Positions 30,605 to 42,401 of a stretch of 64,000 bases of DNA are shown here, piece by piece. Location of the stretch: contig OZ024740.1 in the NCBI GenBank assembly GCA_964016885.1, positions 237,460,001-237,524,000 on the forward strand, written 5' to 3'. The position numbers and the translations under genes are program-made. Each line of letters begins with the position of its first letter. Position 1 is the stretch's first letter. This stretch comes from Eledone cirrhosa. Its lineage: Eukaryota. The notes under the pieces are model-generated. The model had not been told where the DNA came from. It saw nothing but the letters and a program-made list of their open reading frames with translations, and did no database searches.

Positions 30605-33394
30605 ATGTGTGACATTTAATTTCATCTTTCTATCTTTGTGTTCTTAATTCAAAATCCATCGAAGTCAGTTCTATTTTTAATCCTTACAGATGAGTGAATA
30701 TGATAAAATAAGTACCAGTAATATACTGCAATGGTTTCATTCCTTGTTTATAATATTATTACAGAAGTTGAACATAAGCCTTTATCAGAAAAAATAGGTA
30801 TTTGCAGTTACAGAAATTATCATCTATTGAAAGTGTCCGACACACTAGTTTGAACTGAAGTGGCATTTTATATTGTTGCTGTGTAACATCCAGGTTAGCC
30901 ATAATCCAGCAGATTCATGATGAAAGATGTTTCACCCATGGCAATCCTGCCTGTTATTCAGACATTGTGTTTCTAGAACAGTATTATCTAACATACCTTT
31001 ACTCTTTTTTCAAATGTTAGGGTATATTTTGAAGAACATTTGGCTGCTATTTCTTGCTAGATGTGTGACTTCATAGAGGCACTTTTTAGTGTTTCCAGTC
31101 ATGTTTTATGTTGACTGGTTGAGAGACCATCACTACTATGTCAACATGTGTCTTATGTTTGAATTGTGACGTGTCCAACATTAGTGTTTACTGAAGTGAT
31201 GTCTTGTGTTTAAATAGTGGAGTGTCCAACATTAGTGGTGTTTTCTGATGAATAGTGCAGTTATAACTTAAAGTGGTGTTTTATATTTAAACAGTAGAGT
31301 GTTCAACACTGCTGTGTCAATTGGAGTAATATTTTATAGTTGAATTGTAAATAGCATGTCAGGTATATTTCAATGAATATTGATTTATATCTGATAAGAA
31401 ATAAGTAATGGAAACATGAGGGAATATATTCAGGCCTAAAATTAATATTGATGTTGCCGTTAGCTTGTTTTACTTTGCTGTAATTTTCCTCTGGCAAATT
31501 GCCACAGAAGCTTGTGTTTTTCTATCCCTCTATCTATGTGTGTGTATGTCTTCGTACTCCTGGAGATGAGGGTTGCACATTTTTTCGGGGGTATGTGTTA
31601 CCCATATAAACTGTCTCCCCCTATTGGGGAAAATCGACTAATTTTTTAAATTGCATTTGTGATAACATTTTACACGTTTTTATTGTATGTAAACTTCCCC
31701 CTTTGTATTTTTCCCCTTCTTTTGTGCCCCTGTGGCTAATAAAGAAACATATCTATGTGTGTGTATGTCTCTTACTCTCTTTCACACACACACACAGACA
31801 CAACACACATTATTTTTTACTCAACCTGTCACTTTTGTCTTCTGTTGTTTTTCAGCTGTTTAATTTATTGTTATCGAGGTGCAGATGTGTGTAGTAAATC
31901 ATTAGAAATATCAGTTAAGAGGCTAGTAGGGTTTTTCATCTAGTAAAATATTAAAAAAAAATTACATTTGAAGAAGTTAATTCTTGTCTGTTTCATAATA
32001 CCCATCTTATCATATCAACCAATATTATCAATTTTGCTTTTTATATTAGTGGTGTTTGATATTGAGGGGTGGGTATGTTATTTTATCTTTGTAATTTTGC
32101 TTTTTTAATTATGAAAATGTTGGTAATTAATTATTCAAGTCTTCACTCATTAAATGTTGGTTTAAGTATTTTAGTCATAGCCACAAGCTTTTTAAACCTT
32201 TTGTTACCAACATGTCTGAAAGCATTTCTTGTTCTGTGATAGAAAACTGTCTGGTTTGAAGTATTCATATTTAAATGAAAACGTCTGGTTTCTAATTTTA
32301 GCACAAGGCCTGTAAATTGTAACAGGGTCAACCCCAGTACTTGATAGTACTTTTATTTTATCAACCCTGAAAGGAGGAAAAGCAAAGTTTTGACTTTGAC
32401 TGGATTTGAACTCGGAATGTAAAGAGTTGAATTAAATGCTACAAAGCATTTTATCCAATGTTTTAATGATTCTGTCAATCCATTGCCCTTAAATATCAAC
32501 TTATAATTTTAATAAATCCCTCCAAATTCTTCATTAATTAAGTTAGATACAGTATAATACATTAGAAATATGGTATGAAAGGGTGAATAATGATTTCTTT
32601 ATTCACTGGTCACAAAACTCTCACAGTTATTGGAAAAGTTGACCAGGATGTTTTTGTGGATATTTGTATTCCAAAAGTGTTAGTGTCACTGTGGCTTCAA
32701 CAGGGAATTAAAACAAGCTGGGGAGTTATAGATAGAATCCAATTCTGAAAGGTTTAGTTGAGATTTGTGACATTTGACTTCTAACATGGGAGCAAAGCTA
32801 AAAATTAGAACAGAGACGGGAGTTTAGGGATAGTCAATTAAATCAACCTGATTAAATGATTGGTGCTTCATTTTAATCTACACACCCCTCCTCCTCAAAG
32901 GATGAGTCGTAATGTTGACCTCAATGGGATTTAAATTCATAATGTGAAGACAGACATCACATTAATAATTACCAACATCTTCACTTTTGTAAATATCTAC
33001 TAAGAATACAAATGAATGTTTAGAATGTTTAACAACAGTGGTTTTATATTATGTACAGGTCTGGTCACTTACAGATGCACTTATGAGATGGGTATATGTG
33101 CTTCTCAGTTGGTTCATTAGATATAGATCAACTAGGTGTCAGAAGTTATTAACTATTTAATGGGGGGGGGGGTGATTGTATTCATAGTATAGTAGCAAGA
33201 GTAAAGAAGGGGTAGAAGAAATTATAGAAGTTGTTATTGTTGGTTAGCCCTATATCAACTGTGATTAAGGTGGCCTGTGATCTATATCATTCCAACTGTG
33301 ATCATCCCATCCTTTATTCAGACATAGCTTATCTAAGATTACCTTATTCAATATTCCTTCCCATTTTTTAAGACAATAAGGCGTAATTTCATGG

Positions 33395-33880
33395 AGAGTG
33401 TCTGTGCTGGATGTTTGTGTTGGGAGAGGGATTGAGCTGTCAACTGATGATCATCATGTTATCTGCAACCTGAGACTGCCTAAAGCCAAAGAAGCCCTCA
33501 AAACTGGCAGGTCCAGGGTGACCTACAGGATAAAATGGGAAGCATTGGTGGATAAGGATGTCAGGACCAGGTATGCAGATACTTTCACATCCAAATTCAG
33601 AGAACTCCCTGAGCAAACTTAGGACATTTAGATAGAGTGGAGATTGTTCAGCTCAGCAGTTTATACTTCGGCTATTAAATGCTGCAGGCGAAAGAGGCTT
33701 GGTGTGGCACCGGATGGCAGGAGGACCCCTTGATTCAATCAAGAGATCAAGATGCCAACAGAGCAAAGATGGAGGCCTACAAAACTTGGCTTGGAAATAA
33801 GTCCTCCTACTTGCACTAGCAGTACAAACAGGCATGGAAAATCACAGTAGAGACAGTAAAAGCATCCAAAGAAGTTTTGA
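33395..33880 (+). mobile_element. Decayed RTE-like LINE fragment (endonuclease end/linker)
   Basis: VLDVCVGRGIELSTDDHHVICNL...RIKWEAL. Confidence 0.6.
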
Positions 33881-34290
33881 GGAGTCTTCCCCCACAACCT
33901 TCTCAGGAATAAATGGGCAAAAAAGAAGAGTCTCCAAGTTGAGTGGCTACATAGAGACTCTCTCTTTGGCATTTTGAAGAAGCTGTTGCTTCTGTTGGAA
34001 ACTCTGTGTGACAGGTAAACCGTATAAAACTGAAAATTAAAAGAAAAGAAAAAAGCATAGTCTGGGGGAAATACTGGTGGTCTGCATTGGCAAAAGAAGT
34101 TAATAAACATCTGTAAAATAAGTGTATGCCATGAGGAGAAGGAAGTTATGTTTTAGGCAGAGCTCTTCTCCAAAGAATATTATTTTATCTTATTTTATGA
34201 ATTGTTAGAAACATATGTATGAGGTATGATGTTGTTTAGTTGTATTTGAACCTTTGATTTACTTTACATCTTCTTTTTGTTAACTTTCAG

Positions 34291-34415
34291 ATTTTATCAA
34301 TATTTGCATTTGCCACCACCTGCAGTGTTGAAACCAAAACTAGTTTCAGCATAAAATGTGAGAACATGATATCTTTGAATGAGAAGTATACATTCAAACT
34401 AAATTATCCTTTTAT
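34291..34415 (+). CDS. SYP: Synaptophysin/synaptoporin-family gene, internal coding exon (end of TM1 and loop 1)
   Basis: tttcag|ATT...TTTAT|gtaagt. It translates ILSIFAFATTCSVETKTSFSIKCENMISLNEKYTFKLNYPF (compare synaptophysin IFAFATC...C...YPF). It is 125 nt, with a phase 2 end compatible with the next exon. Confidence 0.85.
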
Positions 34416-34525
34416 GTAAGTATCGTCTACAACATTCAGTACATTTTCATATATTATTTGAAGAGAAGAGGAAGAGGAGGAAAGTAAAAATGATGATGAT
34501 GATGATGATGATGATTATATATATA

Positions 34526-34865
34526 TCATTCATCATTTCATTTTACGTCCGCCTTTTCCCTGCTTGCAAGGGTGGGACGGGAACTGACTCTGGCTTGATT
34601 TCTACAGCTGGATGCCCTTCCTAACACCAACCTCATTTACAGTGAGTGCTGGGTGCTTTTATGCCGTGGCACCTCCACAACCATTTTGCAGTGGAATGAT
34701 ATGGACCCCAGTCCTATCATCTCATTTCTACAGCTGAGTAAACTGGAGCAATGTGAAATAAAGTCTCTTGCTCAAGGAAACAACACATCACCCGGTCTGA
34801 GAATTGAACTCACAACCTTTCGATTGCAAGGCCAATGCTCTAACCACTAAGCCATGTGCCTCCAT
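34526..34865 (-). mobile_element. CORE-type tRNA SINE with RTE tail (same family as 15601-15940)
   Basis: Reverse complement of the 15601 copy with few differences. Confidence 0.85.
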
Positions 34866-35496
34866 CTGTGGAAATTCAATTTTGGTGTATACATTTATAA
34901 ATCTTCATAGGATGTTTTCATTATAACTGCTGCTCTGGGAAGGAATAGAAAGCATGCAGATAAATGCATAAAACAAAACCCAGAACTTAAAATATACAGA
35001 ACATACAGAAAATGGTGCTACTAGGCACTGTAGTTAGGATGGCTTAAGTGAATGGGCCTACTCTGACCATGTGCCTATATACTGGAGAGTTTAGAGAGGA
35101 GAAGGCACCTTATGATGGTGCTCTTGGGATTAGGGTGGTTTAGGATCTGTGGGATTACTAAGTTATCCCTGGGTGGTACTCTCTCTGTTGGGGAATTTGT
35201 TGCTGTTAACTGTTAACTTTTTTTTAAACATTTTATATAAACCCCCACTGTCTCTGTTTTTGTATTGTCCTTTGTTTCAACCCTAGTGGCCAATAAATAA
35301 ATAATTATTATAGTTATTTCTGTATCTTTTTTTAATTTTCTTATTCTGTTACATTTCCTAATACTTTAAATGAGACAACAGTAACTACTAAAAGATGTAT
35401 ACTTAACTGTCCCTTTTTTTGTGTTAACCACCCTGACTGTCTACAATATTCCCAGTATAACAACTATACATTGCATTTCCTTCATTGATGTTGCAG

Positions 35497-35689
35497 CATT
35501 GATATGTATGCCAAAGTCCCTATCTGTAATAATCACACGGGTACAGAGACACTTTACTATAGTGTGAAGTCTAGTTGTGAATTCTACGTCTTCATTGGAG
35601 TAATGGCCTTTCTCTACTGTCTGGCAGCATTGGTCATCTATGTCTACTTTGATGAAGTTTATCGTAAAAACACCAGGCTTACCATCATC
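35497..35689 (+). CDS. SYP: Synaptophysin-family coding exon (TM2)
   Basis: ttgcag|C...ATCATC|gtaagt. It translates IDMYAKVPIC...SSCEFYVFIGVMAFLYCLAALVIYVYFDEVYRKNTRLTII; 193 nt. Confidence 0.9.
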
Positions 35690-35900
35690 GTAAGTATTCA
35701 AATTATTACATTCTAATTACTAATAGTAGTAATAATATTTCAGTTTTTGCACATTGTAGGAAACAGCTAAAAGGGTTGGCATCTGAAAGGTTGTCCAGTC
35801 ATAAAACATTTCCTCAGAAGCCTCTGTTCAACATATACCACCATTGAAAAATGGATGTAAAAATGCTGCTGCTGCTATATATGTGTGTGTGTGTACATGC

Positions 35901-35948
<48 letters not shown>

Positions 35949-35954
<6 letters not shown>

Positions 35955-36449
35955 AACTAAAATAAATAAGTCAAATGTTTAAAATTTGGCTTCGTTTATT
36001 ACTGCTATATATATTTCGGTGACAGCCATCTTTGGCTGTGACCTCTTCAGGCAGTCCGAATTAGTGTGGTAGAGACGAGTACACATGTTGTTGAGTTATT
36101 TCACTGAGGAACTGGAATCATATGATTCCAGTTCCTCAGTGAAATAACAACCCAACCAGGAACTGGGCATATCAGAGTATTGACAAAGTTAAACACCTCA
36201 ACAACGTGTACTCATCTCTACCACACTAATTCGGACTGCCTGAAGAGGTCACAGCCAAAGATGGCTGTCACCGAAATATATATAGCAGTAATATATATAT
36301 AGCAGTAATAAACGAAGCCAAATTTTAAATATTTGACTTATTTATTTTAGTTTATTTTACATTACTCCGGAGTAACCAAACCAACCAGCGGACTTCGTCG
36401 AGTGCTCCAATCTGCATACTGAGGTGTTGGTATACAACCAACATATACT

Positions 36450-36452
<3 letters not shown>
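35949..36452. repeat. Nested fold-back in (TA)n: outer arms ~35949-36095 / 36197-36358, inner perfect palindrome 36095-36148, 3' extension to 36452
   Basis: Direct reverse-complement match; the inner palindrome is GTTATTTCACTGAGGAACTGGAATCAT|ATGATTCCAGTTCCTCAGTGAAATAAC. Confidence 0.9.
36235..36289 (+). ncRNA. Canonical-core minimal type I hammerhead (mirror copy 36001-36055 on -)
   Basis: actgc-CTGAAGA-GGTcACAGCCA-aaga-TGGCTGTcACC-GAAA-TATATA-TA-gcagt. Confidence 0.82.
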
Positions 36453-36501
<49 letters not shown>

Positions 36502-36628
36502 AGAAGCAAAAAATTGCTTATTGTGATCCAGTTCTTGGTTAAGAAAGCCAGTTTCATGGATGGTTTCAACGTACGGTTAGGGGTAACTCCACAAGTTTGT
36601 AAGAATTCCGTTCAATCTTGGAGTATAA

Positions 36629-37800
36629 AGTATAAAAGAGAAAACACAGGTAAGCATTAAGAGAAGGATTTTATGCAGGTATTTACGACCATTTCATTGG
36701 TAAGTGCAACCTTATATTGCTATACTGCAAATAGCAGCCACTCAATGATAATTGTTGTTCACAGTCCAAATTTACAAAATAGTGAGTGAGTTACTCTTGA
36801 AATAATTCTTAATATATAGAGAAAAACATTTATTTGGAATTGTATTTACTAGTATAGAGAGAGAGGAATCAGAAGGTGAGGGGACAAAAGGAATAGTGTA
36901 GAGAGAGAGGAAGGGGGAAGAGGTAGGAAGTAGAGTGACAAACTGAGATGGAGGGAGGGGTAGAGGTGGAAGGATTCCTTGATCAGTTTTGATAGCAGAC
37001 TTCATGTAGTGGAATGTAGTGAGTTAAAGAGAATTAAATTGATCATAGTGGGAGGGATGGATAGAGAGAGAGAGAGGGGGGAGATATAAAGAGATAAATA
37101 TATATATATATAAAAAATAAAGATAAAGATAATAATGACAAAATTAAAAGCAAAGAAGGGGTGAGAAAGAAGAAAAGAAAAGATAGCCAAGAAAGGGAAG
37201 GAAGGAAGGAAGGAAGAAAACGAAGAAATAGAAGAGGAATGAGGGAGAAGAGGGGGATATAGGTATTGGTTTTGTGGGCAATTAAAAGGGTTTAGATACA
37301 ACAAGAGGGTATAAAGTTTAAGTATATGCAGTTTGTCAGTTGGTAGTAAGAGGTTAAGGGTTCGATTTGTAGTGCGAAAACTATGATCAATTTAATTCTC
37401 TTTAACTCACTACATTCCACTACATGAAGTCTGCTATCAAAACTGACCAAGGAATCCTTCCACCTCTACCCCTCCCTCCATCTCAGTTTGTCACTCTACT
37501 TCCTACCTCTTCCCCCTTCCTCTCTCCCTATACTATTCCGTTTGTCCCCTCACCTTCTGATTCCTCTCTCTCTATACTAGTAAATACAATTCCAAATAAA
37601 TGTTTTTCTCTATATATTAAGAATTATTTCAAGAGCAACTTACTCACTATTTTGAAAATTTGGACTGTGAACAACAATTATCATTGAGTGGCTGCTATTT
37701 GCAGTATAGCAATATAAGGTTGCACTTACCAATGAAACGGTCGTAAATACCTGGATAAAATCCTTCTCTTAATGCTTACCTGTGTTTTCTCTTTTATACT
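36629..37800. repeat. Fold-back with 421-bp arms (36629-37049 / 37380-37800)
   Basis: Near-identical reverse-complement arms (duplicate MKSAIKTDQ ORFs on opposite strands); (TA)n lies outside both. Confidence 0.92.
37648..37749 (+). ncRNA. Hammerhead-like motif with U3:A8 core and long stem II
   Basis: tatt-TTGAAAA-t-TTGG..GTGAAC..TTAT..CTGC-tattt-GCAG..ATAA..GTTGCAC..CCAA-t-GAAA-CGGTCG-TA-aata. Confidence 0.55.
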
Positions 37801-37811
37801 ATATATATATA

Positions 37812-38095
37812 GTGGAGGCACGTGGCCTAGTGGTAAGGGTGTTGGACTTACGGTCATAATGTCGTGGGTTCGATTCCTGGGTTGCGTGTTGTGTTCTTGA
37901 GCAAAACACTTTATTTCACATTGCTCCAGTATACTCAGCTGAAAATGAGTACCAGCAATAGCTGGGGGTCTAACCATGCGATGGACTGGCGTCCTGTCCA
38001 GGGGGAAGTCTTGTACTCTCAGTCGCTTCATGCCATGAAACCGGGATAAGCACTGGCCTAATGAGCCTTCCGGCTTAAGACAGACTTTAAACTTT
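37812..38095 (+). mobile_element. tRNA-derived SINE with CORE-like plus V-like domains
   Basis: A box TGGCCTAGTGG and B box GGTTCGATTCC. CORE-like TTGAGCAAAACACTTTATTTCACATTGCTCCAG. V-like TGCGATGGACTGGCGTCCTGTCCAGGG. Confidence 0.75.
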
Positions 38096-38894
38096 AGATA
38101 TATATATATAATGTACGAAGCTGAATTTTTGGCTTTTTGAAGCACTGAGAATATATGCTATAAAGATGGTTTATAAAATAGGGTGAACACCCTTAAAAGA
38201 AGTTACTGCTATGAAGAATTGAACTCCATATCTTCCAGATACCGACTAGATGCTTTAACCCTTAAGCTAAGGAACCTTAGACGAAATTTTGCTTGTCATT
38301 TTAACTAGATAGCTGCACAACAGCTTTCAGATGTCAGCAGGCAGGCTTCAAAAAGCCCAAAATTCGAGATGTCTGTCTGTCTTTCTACCTGCCTACTGAC
38401 ACCTGACACCATTTTGAAAAATAATTATTCCATGCAAGCGTGGAAGATGGACGTTAAACGATGATGATGATTATGACTGAATTATGTAGTCGAACGTATA
38501 GTCTTGCACCTGTCTGTAATCCCTGGCTATGCTACATGTGCATCTAAATGTTTTTAAATGTATTTTTAAAGATATTTTTTGGAGATGTATTTTTAAATTT
38601 ATATTTGAATTGCATGCCTTCTCTTATTAACTTTATTAATTTCTTATGATATATGATTTTCACTGTACTTAATTTATCTGTAACAGCATGTTTTTTCATT
38701 TTTTAACTTTTGTTGCTTTTACTGCTCCTAATTTTTATTGCATTTATATGCTCCTATTCTTCATATCCTATTCCCACCTCTGTTATCTCATATAAATGTT
38801 GATACTTATGCTTATCTAGCCTCCCATATTCTGTATCTTCCTAATGTTCTTGTGACAAAGTTTTGATCTTATATTTGTGTTTGACCTTTGTTAT

Positions 38895-38942
38895 CAACTC
38901 CGACGATTCTGGTCTTGTGCTAGGGTGAAACGATCATGTGAT
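38895..38942 (+). ncRNA. Degenerate hammerhead-like motif in a probable solo pLTR
   Basis: CCGACGA-TTCTGG-tcttgtg-CTAGGG-t-GAAA-cga-TC; stem I is poor. Confidence 0.35.
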
Positions 38943-39199
38943 TAAATGTTTGAAAGTTTAAACACTCTTTGGTTGTCATTTACATTGTATTTCAGCTCTG
39001 TATTATACTTGTTATTTTACATCGAGCTATTTTCATACTTGTAACTGGGTAATATTTATTATTACCCACATTATATATATATTTATATATAGCTATTCTT
39101 ATATATATATATATATATAAAATTGAATCAGAAGCTCTTACCATATTTTTTTGACTACAGAAAATAGTTTAATAACAAGGCATATATATATATATATAT

Positions 39200-40260
39200 G
39201 GTAAACAGAAATAACAACACAAATGGTACAGTATATGGAAGGGATATATTAGGTTAATGCTTGATATAGTAGGAAGAGGGTCTTAACGTTTTGGACGCTA
39301 GACCTTCATCAGAAGAAAGAATGAGAAACGGGGACGGGCGGGTTGGATTGGAAAAAATGTCTTTAGATAAAAATAATAGCTCCATTCATGTTGACACCTC
39401 TTGCAAAACTATTGGTGCTGGCGTTTTGTGTATGATTTATTTTTTAGAGAAGTGGATGATGAGCGCGTCTACCTGAAATGGAAAAAAAAACGTTTTCTAA
39501 AAAGAACTATACTTGTGCATGTGTGTGTGTTGTTATACGTCCATATGAAACTGAGAAGAAATGTGTGTGTATATGTGAGTAAAAGAGTGTGTGTGCATGT
39601 AAGTACAAAGCTATGAGCAAAAGTATGTTAATATAAGGGTATGTATGTGTATATAGAGCTGTGAAGGGAAAAGTGGAGTGAGCATATATAGTCGGCATGT
39701 ATTAGTTGTAAGAGAAGATGTTAATGATCAAGAGAAAGTGATAGGAATCTAGGGGTGTGATAATGGACTGGGTACTAGAGAAATAGTGAGGTGAATTGAG
39801 TCCAAGAGGGGAATAGGACCCAAGGCGGTGAATCAGACTTTGTTCAGTCCTGGTGCGCAAGGACTGTGATCCATGATGTAAAAGGACACCCAGGACTGAA
39901 AGATATAGAGAAGAATGACCAGGAGAACAGAAATGGCGGGTGACAGGAGTATCCAAACCGAGTCATATGTCCTTCAAATGTTCGGCAAAACAGTCCGCCA
40001 TACGGCGTCCCGTTTGTCCGATATATAAAGACTCGGAAAGGGAACACCGGAGGGCATAGACAACGTGGATGGATGTGCAGGTGAAGGAATGGCAGATACG
40101 GTAAGACCCGTTAGGGCCTGTAAGAGTGGTGAGGGTGGAAATAAAGGGACAAATGTTGCAGCGGGAACGGGAACAAGGATGAGAGCCGAGTGGAGTCATG
40201 GGAGAGGATGAGAAGGAACTGCGAACCGGGAGGTTGTGGGCGCGCTTAAAAGCAGTAATG
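39200..40260 (-). mobile_element. Neptune-type Penelope element 3' part (Cys linker, GIY-YIG and pLTR)
   Basis: Reads AFKRAHNL...PCSRSRCNIC...FTCTSIHVVYALRC...YIGQTGRR...EHLKDI, then a stop/frameshift, then PVTRHF...EQSLIHRLGSYSPLGLN. Confidence 0.88.
39281..39316 (-). ncRNA. Degenerate minimal hammerhead in Neptune pLTR
   Basis: tctt-CTGATGA-aGGTC-tagc-GTCC-AAAA-CG-TT-aaga (G12A, plausibly CpG decay). Confidence 0.55.
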
Positions 40261-40442
40261 GACACACACACACACTCACGCATCCATAGTCTTTAGTTTA
40301 ACATATGTAACTATATACACAACTACAGCCTTTAGTCTATCATACTTATATATGTATACATCTTATATATACTACTACAGTGTTTAGTCTAACACAGTTT
40401 ATAATGTTGCCTTCAACTTTGTATCCTTCTTTCACACAACAG

Positions 40443-40625
40443 GACTTCATTACAACTGCTGTATTTGCATTGATGTGGCTGATTTCTTCCTCTGCCTGGG
40501 CCCAGGGTGTTTCCGATCTCAAGTACTATTCAAACCCAGAAGATGGGCTATTTGAGAAAATTAAATGTCAGAATGAATGTACAAAAGGACCAGAAGCCAA
40601 TTTTTCAACTCTGGATGTCTCAATT
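40443..40625 (+). CDS. SYP: Synaptophysin-family coding exon (TM3 and loop 2)
   Basis: caacag|GAC...ATT|gtaaga. It translates DFITTAVFALMWLISSSAWAQGVSDLK...C...C...LDVSI; 183 nt. Confidence 0.92.
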
Positions 40626-41269
40626 GTAAGAAATATTTTGCTGTTTTCTCATTGTTTGTTAACTAATGTTGTATTTTTCTTGTATTTACACATAAACATT
40701 TTCATATACACACACTCTATCAATAACTTATATGCATGTACACATACGTGTACTATTATAACTTCCGACTGCAATATGCAATTTTTTTTTTTTTTTTACA
40801 TTTTATTTGAATCTAGAGATGCAATATCCTTAAATGTTGCTATCCTTCACACCATCCCCTGACTCTTGGCTTCCTTTAGTGGAGTCTACTCTGTTGTTAG
40901 TAGTTGGACTAGGTATCAAGTCTGGGGGTACCTTCTTCTCTCCCTTTGTCAAGGATAGTGTCCTTCCATCCCTCACTAAACAGTGTAAAGAAAAATATTG
41001 ACTTGTTTGGTTGATGTTTGGCTTGTATATCCGATGGTTTCTGGGCAAAAGTGGGGAGGAAGAAATTCAGAGGATGTCAGATCTGCAGGGAAAGGACTTG
41101 GAAGTGATTAGTGCGGTGTTTACTGGGTAGAGATGATTGTGTCATGTTAACTTCAGTAGGGGTTGTTCAAAGGAGCAGGAACTGTTCTAGTATGGTCAAA
41201 GAGGTAGAGGGATGATACAGCATGTTTGTATGGTGCAAGTAGTTGCACTTTATTGCGCAATATGGTTTT

Positions 41270-41952
41270 ATGTGATGTTACTGAGAGAGAAATTAGGCAT
41301 AAGAGGGATCAGATGCAGTGTGCAAGAGGGGAGAATACATTGGTATGGCCATGTGATGTGTATGAAGGATGACAGTTGTATAAAAAGTTACAGGGAAATC
41401 AAAGTTGATGGAAGCTATGAAGTAGAAAGACCTTGAATGAGGTGATAACAGCTGACCTTGCACAATTGTACATCTGATAGGCAATGACACAGTATCGAGA
41501 TCTTTGATGTTATGCAGTAATACAGATGACTGCCTACCTTTGCGCACAGGTTAAAGCATACATCTAGTATGCATCGCTTAACCCCTATCCCCTCCCCCTT
41601 CCATACGTTTTCCGTGCCCTGACACTCCACTCATGCCTTTACATCCCCCACTCTAGTCATCTGTCAACATGGTAAAGTGGTTGTTTTGGTGCCATGACAA
41701 AAAGTGCCCAGTCCACACTATAATGTGGTTGTTACGATGCCATGATAAAGCGCACCCAGTCCACTGTAAAGTAGTCATGTAGGTGTCACAACAAAAAGCA
41801 CCCAGCTCACACTGTAAATGTGGTTGGCACTAGGAAGGGCATCCATCCATAGAAATCAGTTCTGTATGAGCAAGAGATGGTTACCTGACCTGACTTGCCT
41901 CAAATGGGACAGCCTCTCTAACCCATGCTGGTGTGGAAAAATGGATATTAAA
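41270..41952 (+). mobile_element. Decayed RTE 3' end
   Basis: LREKLGIRGIRCSVQEGRIHWYGHVMCM plus 3' UTR subrepeats. Confidence 0.8.
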
Positions 41953-42131
41953 TAATTGTTTCTACTTTTGTCACAAGGCCAGCAATTACCTAGTACATTA
42001 CTGGTACTTTATTTTATCGACCTCGAAAGGATGAAAGGCAAAGTTAACCTCGGCGGGATTTGAACTCAGTCCGTAAAGAGACGTAACTATGCTGGAAAGC
42101 ATGGCGTCCGACTCTCTACCGATACTGCCAT
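41952..42131 (-). mobile_element. tRNA-derived SINE with Meta-like domain
   Basis: Minus strand: TGGCAGTATCGGTAGAG...GAGTTCAAATCCC...AACTTTGCCTTTCATCCTTTCGAGGTCGATAAAATAAAGTACCAG. Decayed relatives lie near 30640, 32290, 48950, 49105, 51700 and 52770. Confidence 0.75.
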
Positions 42132-42263
42132 GGATATTACAAATGGATATTAAATAATGATCACGATGATGGTGATGATGTAGTAGTAGTGGTAGTAGTA
42201 GTAGTAACTTATCTGACTTCAATTTTCATTAAACTATTGTTCTGTTCTTTGTTTTTTTTTCAG

Positions 42264-42401
42264 ATTTTTGGCTTTCTGAACACATTTGTATGGGCTGGCA
42301 ATTTGTGGTTCTTATACAAGGAGACTCCATGGTTCAAAGTGCAGGCTGCTCCACCAATTGACCCAGGGATGCCTCAAGAGACAGATCCACAGAGAGTGTA
42401 A
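42264..42401 (+). CDS. SYP: Synaptophysin-family terminal coding exon (TM4 and short tail)
   Basis: tttcag|ATT. It translates IFGFLNTFVWAGNLWFLYKETPWFKVQAAPPIDPGMPQETDPQRV* (FGFLN...W.GN.WF..KET signature). Confidence 0.93.
   Translation: MFGFLNTFVWAGNLWFLYKETPWFKVQAAPPIDPGMPQETDPQRV

Noticed and set aside
38210-38272. tRNA gene on - strand (similar head at ~20497-20557 +)
   Set aside because: A/B-box remnants only, with a poor acceptor stem; more likely decayed SINE heads.
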